DNA from: Candidatus Saccharimonadota bacterium
GTDB lineage: Bacteria; Patescibacteriota; Saccharimonadia; Saccharimonadales; Saccharimonadaceae
DNA: 32,000 bases
Reading direction: 5' to 3'
NCBI GenBank assembly: GCA_020160975.1
Contig: JAIUPJ010000001.1
Span: 480,001-512,000, forward strand
Shown here: positions 30,875-32,000 of the stretch, piece after piece
Layout: every line of letters starts with the position of its first letter
Numbering within the stretch: the stretch's first letter is position 1
The notes under the pieces: model-generated
The model's database searches: none
What the model was told of the DNA's origin: nothing
The model's input: only the letters and a program-made list of their open reading frames with translations
Program-made: the position numbers and the translations under genes

Positions 30875-31459
30875 ATGACAATCGGACTTATTATCGTAGT
30901 AGTACTCGTCGTACTATTGTTGGGGTTAGTTGGCTTTTTTGCCGCTATGTACAACTCACTTGTACGTCTCAATATAAAAGCTGGTGAAGCATGGAGTGGC
31001 ATCACCGTGCAACTCAAGCGTCGTGCTGATTTGATTCCAAACCTCGTCAATACGGTGAAAGGATACGCCGCACATGAATCAGGTGTATTTGAGAAAGTTA
31101 CTGCGGCTCGCGCATCAGTTGTAAACGCGGTAGATGCTGGCCCAGCCGCGGCTGCCAAGGCCGAGGGTGAACTTACCGGTGCACTGAAAAGTCTATTTGC
31201 AGTTGCTGAGAGCTATCCAGACCTCAAAGCATCGCAGAACTTCATGGACCTGCAGGCAAACCTCACCGATACAGAAGACAAAATATCCGCTTCGCGGCGC
31301 TTCTACAACAGTACGGTGACACAATTTAACACAAAGCGAAAAACCTTCCCGACAAATATCTTCGCAAACATGCTTGGGTTTACGACTGACAAAGAGTTTT
31401 TTGATGTTGATGATGCCGAGCGTGCAACGCTCGAAAAGCCAACCGAAGTAAGCTTCTAA
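30875..31459 (+). CDS. lemA: LemA family protein
   Basis: N-terminal TM, then YNSLVRLNIKAGEAWSGITVQLKRRADLIPNLVNTVKGYAAHE...SRRFYN, characteristic of LemA. Confidence 0.9.
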   Translation: MTIGLIIVVVLVVLLLGLVGFFAAMYNSLVRLNIKAGEAWSGITVQLKRRADLIPNLVNTVKGYAAHESGVFEKVTAARASVVNAVDAGPAAAAKAEGELTGALKSLFAVAESYPDLKASQNFMDLQANLTDTEDKISASRRFYNSTVTQFNTKRKTFPTNIFANMLGFTTDKEFFDVDDAERATLEKPTEVSF

Positions 31460-31479
31460 ACACCACCAGGTAATCGCCG

Positions 31480-32000
31480 GTGGACCACCTCTTCTCGCAA
31501 CTCGCCTCACTCATACCGTTTGAGTTTTTTGGTCGTGCTGGTGGCGGTGGCTCTGGCGGCGGTGGCGGAGAAGGTGGTATTGAGATAGTACTTGGATATC
31601 TTCCTATGCACTTCGTGGGCGCGCTCCTTGCAAAAATGCGCAAGGTCAATCTTGGGCTGAGTATCCTGGCGCAAATTCTCGGCTGGCTTGTTGCAATAGG
31701 TTATTTTATCCTCCTGACCTCGATACTCAGATGGTATGGCGGAACGATTGGTGCGATCGGGTTTGCCGGTATGGGTGCTGGTCTGTATGGATGGTTTGGT
31801 AAGGTAAAACAAAGTAAATTCCTCAAGAATAAATTGAAGAAAGCAGCAGTCAGTGATGGAGTTTGGGATGAAGCATCTCTGAGCGAGTACGCCAAGAAGA
31901 CATTTATGAGGTACCAGTCAGACTGGTCAAGTCTCAATACTGATTCGATGAAAGAGTATATGACGCCAGATTACCATTACCACGCGTCACTCCTCGTTTA
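31480..32000 (+). CDS. Tim44-like domain membrane protein (partial; continues past window end)
   Basis: Absent from the ORF track because it has no stop in the window. Hand translation from GTG 31480 gives (M)DHLFSQLASLIPFEFFGRAGGGGSGGGGGEGGIEIVLGYLPMHFVGALL...GAIGFAGMGAGLYGWFGKVKQSKFLKNKLKKAAVSDGVWDEASLSEYAKKTFMRYQSDWSSLNTDSMKEYMTPDYHYHASLL. It has a Gly-rich N-terminus, 2-3 TM helices and the start of a Tim44-like domain. An in-frame stop at 31471 bounds the start. Confidence 0.6.
   Translation, partial: MDHLFSQLASLIPFEFFGRAGGGGSGGGGGEGGIEIVLGYLPMHFVGALLAKMRKVNLGLSILAQILGWLVAIGYFILLTSILRWYGGTIGAIGFAGMGAGLYGWFGKVKQSKFLKNKLKKAAVSDGVWDEASLSEYAKKTFMRYQSDWSSLNTDSMKEYMTPDYHYHASLLV

Noticed and set aside
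1-32000. Search for CRISPR arrays, rRNA genes, transposases or long tandem repeats
   Set aside because: None seen. The only repeats are the paralogous pilin and VirB6-like genes, the short tRNA-trailer hairpin family and the 11-bp-phased GGTTATGC duplicate in the divergent promoter region.

Overview
The window looks like the chromosomal origin region of a small-genome, monoderm-type bacterium. My guess, from gene content only and not from any search, is Patescibacteria/CPR, possibly Saccharibacteria-like. The right third holds the classic origin neighbourhood: dnaN and dnaA on the minus strand, DnaA-box clusters on both sides of dnaA, then rpmH-rnpA-yidC-jag, lemA and a partial Tim44-like gene on the plus strand. 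The left 7 kb is housekeeping and accessory. It contains a MacB-type ABC transporter pair, four tRNAs (Ser-GGA, Arg-GCG, Ser-GCU, Ser-UGA) plus a tRNA-Ser 5'-half remnant, a GT-C-like polytopic membrane protein, comFC and an Hsp20 chaperone. The centre (about 7.0-25.8 kb, plus an outlying gene at 3.6 kb) is the interesting part: a Gram-positive-style type IV secretion (T4SS)-like locus. It has a minus-strand, translationally coupled array of six VirB2/TrbC-like pilin paralogs, with a seventh inverted copy at 3586. Divergent from that array is a 16-kb plus-strand operon encoding two giant VirB6-like proteins, a lipoprotein, an extended PrgI/VirB3-like protein, a possible ATPase-less VirB4 N-domain-like protein, a VirB4 ATPase, two multi-domain cell-wall hydrolases and an anchored beta-rich protein. 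I saw no coupling protein, relaxase, integrase, transposase, CRISPR array or rRNA. Two edge genes (1..560 minus, 31480..32000 plus) are missing from the supplied ORF track and were found by hand translation. All family assignments rest on motif recognition by eye and need HMM or structure confirmation.
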